This document shows positions 26,054 through 36,400 of a stretch of 64,000 bases of DNA, one piece after another. The translations under genes and the position numbers were made by a program. The DNA comes from an uncultured Eubacteriales bacterium (GTDB taxonomy: Bacteria > Bacillota > Clostridia > Oscillospirales > CAG-272): positions 16,964 through 80,963 of the forward strand of contig CAKRTQ010000006.1 of NCBI GenBank assembly GCA_934402395.1, in the 5' to 3' direction. Below the pieces are notes generated by a model that made no database searches, was not told the DNA's origin, and saw nothing but the letters and a program-made list of their open reading frames with translations. Position 1 is the stretch's first letter, and the number at the start of each line of letters is the position of its first letter.

Positions 26054-27343
26054 TCATTTTATATTTTTAAAGCATATACCTTCCACCATGAGAAGCGAAT
26101 TACGCCTCAGGCTTTTCATAAAGAACGGCACGACAAAGGTTATGATCATCTGCGTTAAGAGCGAAGTGAACGCAGCGCCGGTAGCCCCCCAGATCGGAAT
26201 GAATATGAAATTCAGTATCACATTGCAAACTGCCGCCGAAATATAAATATATTTCAGGTATTTCTGCTTGTCCTCGCATACCACCCACGCATTTCTTGCC
26301 ACTCCGAGATAGGAGAAAGCCGTATACCACGTGACGACACGCAGCGGAGCAACCGCCGGAAGGTATGCATCACCGTAAAGTATTTTTATTATCAGTCTGC
26401 CGAATATGCAGAACAGCGCCGACACCGATACGGCTGCATAAAACACAATGGCATAAAGCCGGCGGTTCTTTTTTTCAAACAGCTCATGATCGGTTTTGTA
26501 CGCCTCCATTATCGAAGGATAGACCGAATCGATTATTGCCGCAAGTACGAAACTCCACATACCGCACACGGCGGTCGCCGTAGAATAGTAACCGACATCG
26601 GCATCGCTCAGCATATGTTTGAGCATGAATTTATCCGCGTAACCGTATATTGCCACCATCAGGCTCGGAAGTATGAAATGCACGCTTCGGGAAAGTATGC
26701 GGCGGCAATCCTCGGTCGAAAACGCGAGCCTCCCCCCGCCTTCTCTTTTGTAACAGATGATGAGGAAAACGCCAACGCAGATGTAATCGAGCGCATAGGA
26801 AAATGCAAACCATTCAACGCTCTTTCCGAGGATAAGAAGCACGACCTTGTAGGCGGAGGTTATCACATACGCCGCCAACGTCGCCACAGTTGTGATCTTG
26901 GAGCGAAGCCGAGACTGGAACCAGTAGTTGAAGGTCTCAAATATATTGAATATAAGTCCGAGGCTGCAAAGTGCCGTGACCGTAATGGTCACCGGCTCGT
27001 CCGCTTCAAGCACACTGACTATGAGTATTATCACTCCAGCCGACAAAAAGCTTGAAAGCGCACGCATTGCCAGCGTTGAGCCGATTATGCTTCCCTCTCT
27101 GCCCGGATGGTCGATAAACTCCTTTACAAGCACGGAATTTATGCCAAGCGTGCAAAACGCCATAAAAAACACCGTATAAGCCGTAGCATAATTTATGAGC
27201 CCGTAATTCGAGGGTCCGAGGTAGCGCACGGTAAACAGACCGACCGCAAAGCTTATAAGCATCTGAGCCGCCTTGCCGAAGATCAGCCATCCCGCATTTT
27301 TCACAACGGCATTGCCAAGATACCGTTTTACAGTCTTTATCAT
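26054..27343 (-). CDS. wzx: Wzx-type oligosaccharide flippase (MOP superfamily)
   Basis: Track ORF 26054..27421, refined to ATG 27343 (MIKTVKRYLGNAVVKNAGWLIFGKAAQML), just after the upstream stop at 27352. About 12 TM helices. Confidence 0.85.
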   Translation of the reverse strand: MIKTVKRYLGNAVVKNAGWLIFGKAAQMLISFAVGLFTVRYLGPSNYGLINYATAYTVFFMAFCTLGINSVLVKEFIDHPGREGSIIGSTLAMRALSSFLSAGVIILIVSVLEADEPVTITVTALCSLGLIFNIFETFNYWFQSRLRSKITTVATLAAYVITSAYKVVLLILGKSVEWFAFSYALDYICVGVFLIICYKREGGGRLAFSTEDCRRILSRSVHFILPSLMVAIYGYADKFMLKHMLSDADVGYYSTATAVCGMWSFVLAAIIDSVYPSIMEAYKTDHELFEKKNRRLYAIVFYAAVSVSALFCIFGRLIIKILYGDAYLPAVAPLRVVTWYTAFSYLGVARNAWVVCEDKQKYLKYIYISAAVCNVILNFIFIPIWGATGAAFTSLLTQMIITFVVPFFMKSLRRNSLLMVEGICFKNIK

Positions 27344-27351
27344 TTGTCTTT

Positions 27352-28500
27352 TCACCCCGTAAACCAATCGTCGTCGAACGGCTCTGCCGCGCTGCAGGGT
27401 CCATCGGGATAAAGGTCGCATCTGCCGTGTGCGCGCAGCTCGTCCGCAAGCTTAAGAAAACGCTCTGCGGCGACATCGGCGTTCCAGGTGTCTCTTATCG
27501 TGCAATATGCACGTTCGCCAAGACTGCGGCGGCGGTCGGGAGCATCCATAAGGCTGCGAACGGCAGAATAAAGCCCGTCCGTATCTCCGCTTCTGTACAC
27601 GATCCCGTTCTCGCCGTGCTTTACAAGGTATGGCACCGCCCCCGCGGCGTGGCTTGCAACAACAGCGCAGCCGCTGTTCATCGACTCATTGAGGACAGCC
27701 CCCCAGCCTTCTCCGCGATCGCTTGTAAAAAGAAATATCTCAGCCTTTTCCATATGCGCCCTCACTTCATCCGGCGTCATTGCGCCGAGAAGCTTAACTT
27801 CATTTTCAAGCGCGTATTTTTTTATGCTTTCCTCAAGCATCTGACCTTTTTCTCCGCTGCCTATGATCTCAAGGCTGAAGGAATATCCGTCGCTTTTCAG
27901 CCTTTTTGCCACCTCAACGGCGGCTTCCGGGTGTTTCCAGTCAAGAAATCTGCCGCACCAGAGAACGGAATTTTTTCGTTTTGCGGACATAAGCTCCCCG
28001 ATGTCATACGTTTTTGCCTCGGGAAAATAGCCCCACTTGTAGCTTTTCCCTCGAAACGCACCGTATTTTTGATAATCGGCAGCGGCAAACGCCCCGGCGG
28101 AAAGCAGGTAAAGTGAGCGATGCCTGCCGTAGAGAAAGTAATACTTTATCACGCGCGGCAACCGCTTGCGGCGGTCATATCCATGCTTGAAGAGACGTTC
28201 GGAATACCTGAACACAGGCTTCCCCGCGCGCAGTCTCTCCTTTACCGCCTCTGGCGGAGCACTGCCGTATATCACAACATCGGCATCGTTCACAAGCTCT
28301 GCGGCATCTCCCGCCGGCGCACCGTCGCAATGAATCACAAACGGCGCGTCCTCATCGGGGTCCCACCCCATAAGACGGCGTTCTTCGGAAAATTTCTCGG
28401 TCGCCACAAACGCAAAGCTGTGCCCCGTAAGCCGTTCAAAGGCGCGCGAGAGCGGTCTCTGATGGTGATTGTAGAAATTTGACAAAAACACAAGCCGCAT
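27352..28500 (-). CDS. glycosyltransferase family 4 (GT-B, GT1-type C-terminal domain)
   Basis: Track ORF 27352..28554, refined to ATG 28500 (MRLVFLSNFYNHHQ). The C-terminal EGWGAVLNESMNSGCAVV matches the E-x7-E region of retaining GT4 enzymes. Confidence 0.8.
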   Translation of the reverse strand: MRLVFLSNFYNHHQRPLSRAFERLTGHSFAFVATEKFSEERRLMGWDPDEDAPFVIHCDGAPAGDAAELVNDADVVIYGSAPPEAVKERLRAGKPVFRYSERLFKHGYDRRKRLPRVIKYYFLYGRHRSLYLLSAGAFAAADYQKYGAFRGKSYKWGYFPEAKTYDIGELMSAKRKNSVLWCGRFLDWKHPEAAVEVAKRLKSDGYSFSLEIIGSGEKGQMLEESIKKYALENEVKLLGAMTPDEVRAHMEKAEIFLFTSDRGEGWGAVLNESMNSGCAVVASHAAGAVPYLVKHGENGIVYRSGDTDGLYSAVRSLMDAPDRRRSLGERAYCTIRDTWNADVAAERFLKLADELRAHGRCDLYPDGPCSAAEPFDDDWFTG

Positions 28501-28519
28501 CTTTATGCGCCTCCTTAAT

Positions 28520-29749
28520 TTATTTTTTCCGTATCGCAGCGGGGCTTTTTTCAATTAAGTCATGGTATATTCCGATGTATTTGCCAAGCCGCTCACGCCG
28601 ATCAAAATGTGCGGCACGCGCACGGCACGCCTCGCGCGTATATGGATGCTCCTCGCAAATACGCACTGTCTCACGCAGCATTGAAGCCATGTCGCCGGTA
28701 TCGACAGCCACTCCGCAGGTCCCGTCGATGCATTCGGCGCTTCCGCCCGTTGCGAACGTCACCACGGGAGTGCCGCAGGCAAGCGCCTCTATGTTCACGG
28801 TCGGCAGATTGTCCTCGCGTGTGGGATTAACGAACACGTCTGCTGCCGAATATATTTCAGCCAGCTCATGGCGGTCCGCCGTTCGCGGGATCGATATCAC
28901 ACCGCGCGGAAGACTTTTATCGACCTCCGCGTCTGTTCCGACCAGCACCACGGCATACCCCTCAGGGAGTTCCCCGGCAAGCTTTATCATTACATCGAGC
29001 CCTTTGCGGAAGCTCCAGCCGAATGACACGCCGAGCACTGTTTTTTTGCCTTCAAGACCATATTTTTTTCTGATGTCGGACGGTGTATATTTGAAAACAT
29101 CAAGATCAATGCCATTGTTGACCGTAACGGTGGGATAACAGCCGAGAAAAGACTTCCCGGCAAGCTTCCTCAGCCACTCGGACGGCGTTACGACAACGGC
29201 AGTACCGATGCCGGTAAACCACTTTCTTTTTTTATTCCACACAAAACGTGTGTTGTCGGTGGGAGAAAGTGAATATACGCGCCGCACGGGACATCTGCCG
29301 CAGCCGGTCTTCCACCGTTCGCACCCGGACAGCATAAAATGCGGGCATATCGCCGTAAACGCCCAGCAATCGTGGAGCGTCCAGACAACGGGTATATCGT
29401 GCCGTTTGATGTACCCGAAAAGCAGCGGCAGATTGACATAGCTGCCGTGCAGATTGTGCAGGTGGATGACGTCGGGCGAATACTTACGGACGCGCCTGAG
29501 AAACGCCGCCGTGTGAAAGAAGGAAAAGAAGCCCTTGAGCATCGTCAACCTTGCGAGAAATCCGTGAATGCGGCTGTCTGTGCGCGTGCTTATGCATACT
29601 GTGTCGGGGCATTCCGGATCTCCGTCATCGCGGCACCTGTATGCCGTCAGACATCCGATCCCCGAAGAGACGCAGATATCGTGTATATCGCGGGCGATCT
29701 TTCCCGTGCTTCCCTTCCCATATACCGTGTTTATCTGTAATATCTTCAT
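28520..29749 (-). CDS. glycosyltransferase family 4 (paralog of 32260-33369)
   Basis: Track ORF 28520..29836, refined to ATG 29749, which overlaps the wzy stop as ATGA. Motifs: MKILQINTVYGKGSTGKIARDI, HLHNLHGSYVN, WTLHDCWAFT, and EDNLPTVNIEALACGTPVV. Confidence 0.85.
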   Translation of the reverse strand: MKILQINTVYGKGSTGKIARDIHDICVSSGIGCLTAYRCRDDGDPECPDTVCISTRTDSRIHGFLARLTMLKGFFSFFHTAAFLRRVRKYSPDVIHLHNLHGSYVNLPLLFGYIKRHDIPVVWTLHDCWAFTAICPHFMLSGCERWKTGCGRCPVRRVYSLSPTDNTRFVWNKKRKWFTGIGTAVVVTPSEWLRKLAGKSFLGCYPTVTVNNGIDLDVFKYTPSDIRKKYGLEGKKTVLGVSFGWSFRKGLDVMIKLAGELPEGYAVVLVGTDAEVDKSLPRGVISIPRTADRHELAEIYSAADVFVNPTREDNLPTVNIEALACGTPVVTFATGGSAECIDGTCGVAVDTGDMASMLRETVRICEEHPYTREACRARAAHFDRRERLGKYIGIYHDLIEKSPAAIRKK

Positions 29750-30969
29750 TTTTCCGCGTTTTTTTGCTTTTTGAAATATGACGCATTGAGACCGGTGAGG
29801 CTCCCGTTTATCAGACAGTAAAACGGGAAGAGCCACGCCATGCCGGCTAAAATGGGCTCAACACAGAATTCGAGCAGCACGGCAACGTAAACGCACAAAA
29901 ACGCCAGCTTGAGGCTCACCGCATGGTCGGTGCGGCGCAGGAATATCCACAGCCGGCGCACGCCGGACACGATTATCCCCGCAAGCATTATAAATCCCGC
30001 CGCGCCGTATTCATCGTATCCGTCAAGCAGCAGGTCATGCGCATAGCCGTACATTGCGCGCATATTGAGTCCGCCGAATGGGTACTTGTACGCTGTCGAA
30101 AGGAATGCAAGCTTTGCGTGCAGACGCGGAAATGAGCTTGATGTGATTTTTGAAAGCGCGCTGAATCTCGCAAACAGACTTGAATTCATAACTATTTTCT
30201 GTATGCCGCCGATGTCGAATGCAAATATCACTGCCAGAAGCAGGAACGAACCGGTAATACAAAAGCGAAGCCGCTGCTTTGCGCCTCTGTCTTCAAGCAC
30301 GCGCATGGCATACAGAAATCCGACCGCAAAAACTATAAGAAGTATAACAATGGATGTTCGGCAGGCGAGGATGAGATTGTACGCAAGCACACCGATGATG
30401 CACACAGCTCCGATCGCCCTGAAGCCGCGGCGCGGCGGCAGTATGATCATTGCAACGGCAAGACCGAGCATGAGGCAGGCAAGCGCCGTCTGTCCCGTTG
30501 CCGCCAGTGCGCTTCCCGTCCATATATCGTTGGTGTTGCGCCCGATCTGCTTGCCGAAATTGATAACATAATTCAGAATATAATGCGAAAACGACCCGAA
30601 TGACATAACAAGCAATAACAGATAGGAATTTTTTTGCGCTTCCGCAGGGTCGAAATCCGCCGCCGCATCGTCTTCCTGCGACCTTACGACCGTCATGTTG
30701 TATCCCACCCAATAAAGAAGGACGGGTGTAAAGCATCTGAGCATGGACAGAACTCCTTCGTTCCGGTTGTACACCGCCATAAGGAGGCAAGGTAATATGT
30801 AAATGACCGATGTTAGGTCGATAATTATCTTTTTTTGAAGAAGAAACATAAAAAGGAGCGAGGCAAAAGCAAAATAGAAATATTTGGAGCAGAAATTGAT
30901 CGCAGCAAAAAACAGCAGCGTACAGACCACTGCGTTTTTTATTTTGCCGACATCGATCTTCAGTTCCAC
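29746..30969 (-). CDS. wzy: Wzy-type O-antigen/capsule repeat-unit polymerase (O-antigen ligase-like membrane protein)
   Basis: 407 aa with about 10-11 TM helices and a large external loop. It is the lowest-G+C gene of the locus, as is usual for wzy. Confidence 0.75.
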   Translation of the reverse strand: MELKIDVGKIKNAVVCTLLFFAAINFCSKYFYFAFASLLFMFLLQKKIIIDLTSVIYILPCLLMAVYNRNEGVLSMLRCFTPVLLYWVGYNMTVVRSQEDDAAADFDPAEAQKNSYLLLLVMSFGSFSHYILNYVINFGKQIGRNTNDIWTGSALAATGQTALACLMLGLAVAMIILPPRRGFRAIGAVCIIGVLAYNLILACRTSIVILLIVFAVGFLYAMRVLEDRGAKQRLRFCITGSFLLLAVIFAFDIGGIQKIVMNSSLFARFSALSKITSSSFPRLHAKLAFLSTAYKYPFGGLNMRAMYGYAHDLLLDGYDEYGAAGFIMLAGIIVSGVRRLWIFLRRTDHAVSLKLAFLCVYVAVLLEFCVEPILAGMAWLFPFYCLINGSLTGLNASYFKKQKNAEK

Positions 30970-32180
30970 TTTTTGACCTCACTCAAAAAATTTTTTATCT
31001 TTTTCCCCTGATTCAGGGGGCCTTTTTCTCTTACGATAAAATCCTGAGCTTCCGCTCCGATGCGGAGAAGCTCATCGGATGAGTGTGAAAGCGCGTTCCG
31101 CATTGCCGCAAGCAGGCTTTTTACGCTGTTGTCATCGGCGGAAAACACATATTTCATATATTCGTCCGGTATTCCGCCCAGCCTTGTTGTAAGCAGAGGC
31201 GTGCCGGACAGCATGTACTCCGTTGTTTTGGACGGAAAACTGTATTTTGTGAACTCTTCATGCGGATCGCGCGGATTCACGAGAAGAGTTGCTTTTTTTT
31301 CGTATTCAAGTATTTCGCTGCGCGCGACAGTTCCGAAATACCGTATTTTTTTATTGACGGCAGAGCGTTTTTTTATTTCCTCGACCGCCGTACCGTCGCC
31401 GAACAGCCAGAGCTCAACGCCGTCATTTTCACGGGAAAGCTCCGAAAAAGCGTCAACAAGGTTGAGGATACCGTATTTTTCGTGCAGCATTCCCGCATAC
31501 ATCACAGCGGCAGGACGTGATTTTTCCCCGGCGTGACGGCGTGTGACACCTGAGGTATCTGCTATTCCCTCCATCACGATATACGGCTTGTCCGGCGCCA
31601 CGACCGAATGCATGGCTTCGGTAAGGTAAATATACCCGTCATATTTTCCCTGAGCCTCAAGCGCGGAACGGAGGTACATCTGCTTCAGCTTTCCCGCAAG
31701 TGCGCCGTTTTTTTCGTTAATATACATATCGCGCGGCAGGTCCGGGATTATTGCCACCGTAACGAGCGAATATTTTTCGGCATACCGCATGACATCTTCT
31801 GCCATAAACGGCGGGACGGAATATGTGACCACAATGCCGCCGGGATGAACCTTTCCCCAGTGCTTCAGCACACCCGCGGCGTCGGCGCGGCGTGTGAGCT
31901 GCTTCAGTACGGGCAGATTAAGCGTTCTCAGCCACCGGCCGGAAACACCGCACGCGAGAGCTTCGGTTTGTCCGCCGAAGTACAGCAGTCGGCAGGACGG
32001 AAATGTGGGGATCATCGGAAAGCTGTACACTTCAGCTCTGCACCCGTTTTTTGCAAGTCCGCCGAGCAACGCCGATTCAAACACTATCGGCGCGACAGAG
32101 GGCTTGTTTTTACAGTCCGAGAGGAGCCTGTCATATCCGGCAATATCGCACACAGTGCCAAAATACAAGATATCTTTCAT
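30960..32180 (-). CDS. glycosyltransferase family 4
   Basis: GT-B C-terminal signature NPRDPHEEFTKYSFPSKTTEYMLSGTPLL. Confidence 0.8.
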   Translation of the reverse strand: MKDILYFGTVCDIAGYDRLLSDCKNKPSVAPIVFESALLGGLAKNGCRAEVYSFPMIPTFPSCRLLYFGGQTEALACGVSGRWLRTLNLPVLKQLTRRADAAGVLKHWGKVHPGGIVVTYSVPPFMAEDVMRYAEKYSLVTVAIIPDLPRDMYINEKNGALAGKLKQMYLRSALEAQGKYDGYIYLTEAMHSVVAPDKPYIVMEGIADTSGVTRRHAGEKSRPAAVMYAGMLHEKYGILNLVDAFSELSRENDGVELWLFGDGTAVEEIKKRSAVNKKIRYFGTVARSEILEYEKKATLLVNPRDPHEEFTKYSFPSKTTEYMLSGTPLLTTRLGGIPDEYMKYVFSADDNSVKSLLAAMRNALSHSSDELLRIGAEAQDFIVREKGPLNQGKKIKNFLSEVKKWN

Positions 32181-32259
32181 CTTTTGTTTTGAAAAGCTCC
32201 GTTTCCTGTCATTTTACAGCGCGGTGAGCCGTACACGCGTAACCAAGAAGATCTCACAT

Positions 32260-33369
32260 TCAGCTCTTTTTTCTGCCAAGTTCCACGATCCTCCGCACGA
32301 CCGACTCAAGGTCGCCCGGCTCCACCGCATTTTCGGGCGGGACCATTTCGGCGCACCCGCCCGTGCGGTACGTTATGCACGGCGTGCCGCACGCCTGCGC
32401 TTCAAGATTTACGGTCGGATAATTGTCCTCATATGTCAGATTCAGGAACACATCCGCAGCCGTGTATATCCTCGCAAGCTCTTTTTTTGAATCAGTACGC
32501 GTTATCGGAATTATCCCGCGCGGCATTTTTGCCGCCTGCGAGGGCGTCAGCCCCGCAATGACCACGGCGTAGCCGTCGCCGAGCATTCCGGCAAGGCGCA
32601 CAAAATCGCCGAGTCCCTTGCGCTCACTCCATGCGGAGGCAACGCCGAGGACAACGATCTTATCCTCTATCCCGTATTTTCGGCGCATATCGCTCGCGGT
32701 CGGCACAAATGCCTCACGGTCGATGCGGTTGTTCACCACCTCGATAGGATAGCCGCCGAGAAAGCTTTCGCGCACGAGCCCCGCCAGCCATTCGGACGGC
32801 GTTATGAGCGTCATTTTGTTCACACCGCAAAACGCCGCACGCTTTTTTTCAAAATTTCTTTTGCAGTTGTCTGCAAAAAGGCTTTTGGGATAACTCTTTT
32901 TCTGCGGACAGCGCATGCAGGCGCTGCGCCACTGCTCACACCCGACATATGAAAAGTGCGCGCAATGACCCGTAAATGCCCAACAATCGTGAAGAGTCCA
33001 CCTGACTTCCATCGCGGGGCGCGATTTTATCCAGTCGAACAGCATGCCGACGTTTATATAATACCCGTGCAGATTGTGGAGCCACAAAAGATCCGGATCG
33101 TATGCGCTTGCCCTGTCAAGAAAGCGCGCGGTCGCACGTACAGCGCCAAAACCTTCATTGTCAAAAATACGCGCCGCAAGCGCGTTGGCTCTTACTCCCG
33201 CTTCACTGCCTATACGCACCGCTATATCGGAATATTCCTCCGGTACGCGCTCGCGCCCATAGGCTATCCTGCATTCGTCGCCGCGCGCCATATATTCTTC
33301 GGCAATATCGGTGGCGATCCTGCCGGTGCTGCGTATACCGCAGACAGAATTGATGATCAATACTTTCAT
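32260..33369 (-). CDS. glycosyltransferase family 4 (paralog of 28520-29749)
   Basis: MKVLIINSVCGIRSTGRIATDI, WLHNLHGYYIN, WTLHDCWAFTGHC and EDNYPTVNLEAQACGTPCI. Confidence 0.85.
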   Translation of the reverse strand: MKVLIINSVCGIRSTGRIATDIAEEYMARGDECRIAYGRERVPEEYSDIAVRIGSEAGVRANALAARIFDNEGFGAVRATARFLDRASAYDPDLLWLHNLHGYYINVGMLFDWIKSRPAMEVRWTLHDCWAFTGHCAHFSYVGCEQWRSACMRCPQKKSYPKSLFADNCKRNFEKKRAAFCGVNKMTLITPSEWLAGLVRESFLGGYPIEVVNNRIDREAFVPTASDMRRKYGIEDKIVVLGVASAWSERKGLGDFVRLAGMLGDGYAVVIAGLTPSQAAKMPRGIIPITRTDSKKELARIYTAADVFLNLTYEDNYPTVNLEAQACGTPCITYRTGGCAEMVPPENAVEPGDLESVVRRIVELGRKKS

Positions 33370-33387
33370 TGGGATATCTCCGACCGT

Positions 33388-33419
33388 AGGTCATGCTGCG
33401 CCGCAGCGCAGCATGACCT
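33388..33419 (-). other. intercistronic 14-bp GC-rich hairpin without U-tract (RNA-stability or partial-termination element)
   Basis: AGGTCATGCTGCGC-cgca-GCGCAGCATGACCT lies between the stop of the 1871-aa gene (33473) and the next glycosyltransferase start (33369). Confidence 0.5.
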
Positions 33420-33472
33420 GAATTGTACCGGGCTTTATGTCAGTGAGGCAACGCCGGCGTCCCGGCTTCGGA

Positions 33473-36400
33473 TCATCTTGCCGTAAAGCTGATGCCGTGC
33501 TCGGTCGCAAACTTTTCGGCGTAAGAGCCGGCTGCAACATTCAGGACCAGCTTTGCCGATCCGTTGAAGGCACTGAAATAGATGTTATTCACGCCGGCAG
33601 GGAGATACAGGCTCTCAAGCGCGAAACAGTCGCCGAAGGCGTACGCACCGAGCGAGGTCACTGTTTCGGGAAGCACCACCGATGCAAGCTTCGGAGCATT
33701 GATGAAGGAAAGAACTCCGATGCCGGTAAGCACGCTTCCCTCTTCAAACACTATGCTCTCAAGGTTCTGGCAGTATGCGAACGCATAGTTGCCGACCGAG
33801 GTGATATCCTTACCTATTATGACCTTCTTTATCATGTGGCGGAAGGTTCCCCACGGCTGCTCGGTATAAGCCTTGTAGTTGACCATGGCTCCGCTGCCCA
33901 TGACTCTGAATTCGCCGTTCTCGTAAAGCTCCCATGTGATGCTGTCGCCGCATTCGCCGCTGAGGAAGGGCAGATCGGCAGCCGCACGCACCGTGTGCTT
34001 TATGTTATGGGCAACAGCAAACTGTTCGGAATATGTTCCCGCCGCAACATCAAGCACGACCTTGGTCGAGCCGTTGAAGGCACTGAAGTAAATATTGTTG
34101 ACACGCTGAGGAACATAAAGTGACTCAAGTGCAAAGCAATCGCCGAACGCGTACGCGCCTATGTACATAACGCTTTCGGGAAGCACGACAGATGTGAGCT
34201 TCGGTGCGTTAATGAAGGCAAGTATGCCTATTCCGGTAACCTTGCTGCCCTCAAACACTATCTCGCTGAGGTTCTGGCAGTATGCAAAGGTGTAATTGCC
34301 GACAAATGTAATGTCCTTGCCGATCGTGACCTTCTTGATAAGGTGACGGTAAGCAGCCCACGGCTGTTCGGTGTAAGCCGAATAATTTGTCATGGCGCCG
34401 CTGCCTTCAATTCTTATCTCGCCGTTTTCGTACATTTTCCATACGGCGTTGTCGCCGCAGCTTCCGGATGCAAACGGAATATACTCAAATGCACGGGTGG
34501 TGTGGTTTATTCCGTTTGCGTTTGCAAACTGCTCGGAGTATGTTCCAGCCGCAACATCAAGCACGACCTTGGTCGAGCCGCTGAACGCGGTATGGTAGAT
34601 AAAGCTTACGCCCTGGGGAACATAGAGGTTCTCAAGCGCGAAGCAGTCGCCGAATGCATAAGCATTTATAGATGTTACCGTTTCGGGAAGGACCGCAAAT
34701 TTGAGCTTAGGTGCGTTGATAAAGCCGAGAACGCCCACATTGACAAGTCTGCTTCCCTCTTCAAACACGATGCTCTCAAGGTTCTGGCAGTATGCGAACG
34801 CATAGTTGCCGACCGAGGTGATATCCTTACCGATCAGTACCTTTTTGATAAGGTGACGGTTGATGCCCCACGGCTGCTCGGTATAGGACTTGTAATTCGC
34901 CATAGCACCGCTGCCGCGGACTTCAAGAGTTCCGTCCGAGTAAAGCGCCCATGTCACGGAGTCGGTGCAGTTGCCCGAGTAAAGCGGAGGAACGCTGCCC
35001 TCGCGCAGCTCATAAGCAAGACCGTATTCCTCGGCATATGCCTGAGCTACCGAATATCTTGCAACGAGAAGCTTTACCGATGCGTTGGCTTTGTCGAAGA
35101 TAGCCGCGCCCAGCACGGTAACGCTGTCGGGGATATATACGCTTGCAAGCACATGGTCGTTCACAAACGCCCAGCTCTTGATTGTAGTGAGTCTGCTGCC
35201 CGCCTCAACGTCAAAGTATTCAAGCGCGCCGCACTCATAGAATGCGTATTCGTCAAGCACCTCAACGCTTGCGGGGACAGTAACGCCCTCAAGACGCCAG
35301 CAGTGACCGAACGCGCCCCAGCCTATGCTTGTGAGAGAGGAACCGGGTGCAAACGTTATCTTTTTGAGGTATCCGTTTCTGAAGAATCCAAACTTACCTA
35401 TTCTTGTAATGCCGGAGCCTACTTCAAGCGCGGTGATCGCGCTCATGTCGTTTTTGATTATCCACGCGGGATATGTGCCCTTGGATGAATAATCCTTCAT
35501 TGCGCCCTCGCCGTCGATCTTAAGCGTTCCGTCGGTGAGGAGAACGTATTTGATATTTGTTCCGGAGAATCCGGCATCCGCAACCATGCTGTCGTCGCTC
35601 GATACGAACGCACCCTTCTCATCGAACAGGCAGCTGTAGCCGAGCATATCAACGGTGCCGCTTACGGCAATGCCGTTTTTATCAAAGAAATACGCGTTGG
35701 GATAAATGCATACCTCGCCCGTCTGCATAATGCCGGCGGCAAAGTATCTGTATGCTCCAACAGATTTGTCAAAGTAGAATCCGTCAAGCTTTGCGCGGTT
35801 CGGGCAGACACCGTCATCGCCGAAGTCGTAGTAGTAACCGTCGATGAGCTGAAGTCCGGTCAGCTTTACGCCGTCGCGGTAGTAGGAATCATCCTGCCAG
35901 CCGTCGGCAACGACAACACCGTTTACATAGGTCTTGCCGTCTGTCCACTTGCCGTTAAAGAGGTCGCTGCACACCGAGCATTTGAGCACGCCACCGGCGA
36001 GCTTGTAATCATGCCCCGCAACGGGAACAACGGTGCCCCAGTCTACTACCGAGGAGCAGCCCTCGCAGTATGTTCTTCCCGTATAGCCTGCCTCGCGGCA
36101 GGTCGCGGGCTTGTCGGCAACGGCGGCGGGGGTGTGAATGTGTCCGCCATTCCATGAATTGTAATACTCTTTACCCTCCGCAGTGGAGATCATATCCTTA
36201 GCCATACGATACGACTCTGTGTCCACCTGCGGACCTTCGCCGGAGAATGTTGTTACGGTTCCGTCGGTCCAGCCCACGATACCGCGGTCGATATCCATGC
36301 TGATATCGATCGGCCAGAATTCCTTCATATTCTTGAACTGCGCGTACGTATAGGCGGGCTTTCCTTTTTGCGTTCCGCTCTCATACGTATAGCCCATCTT

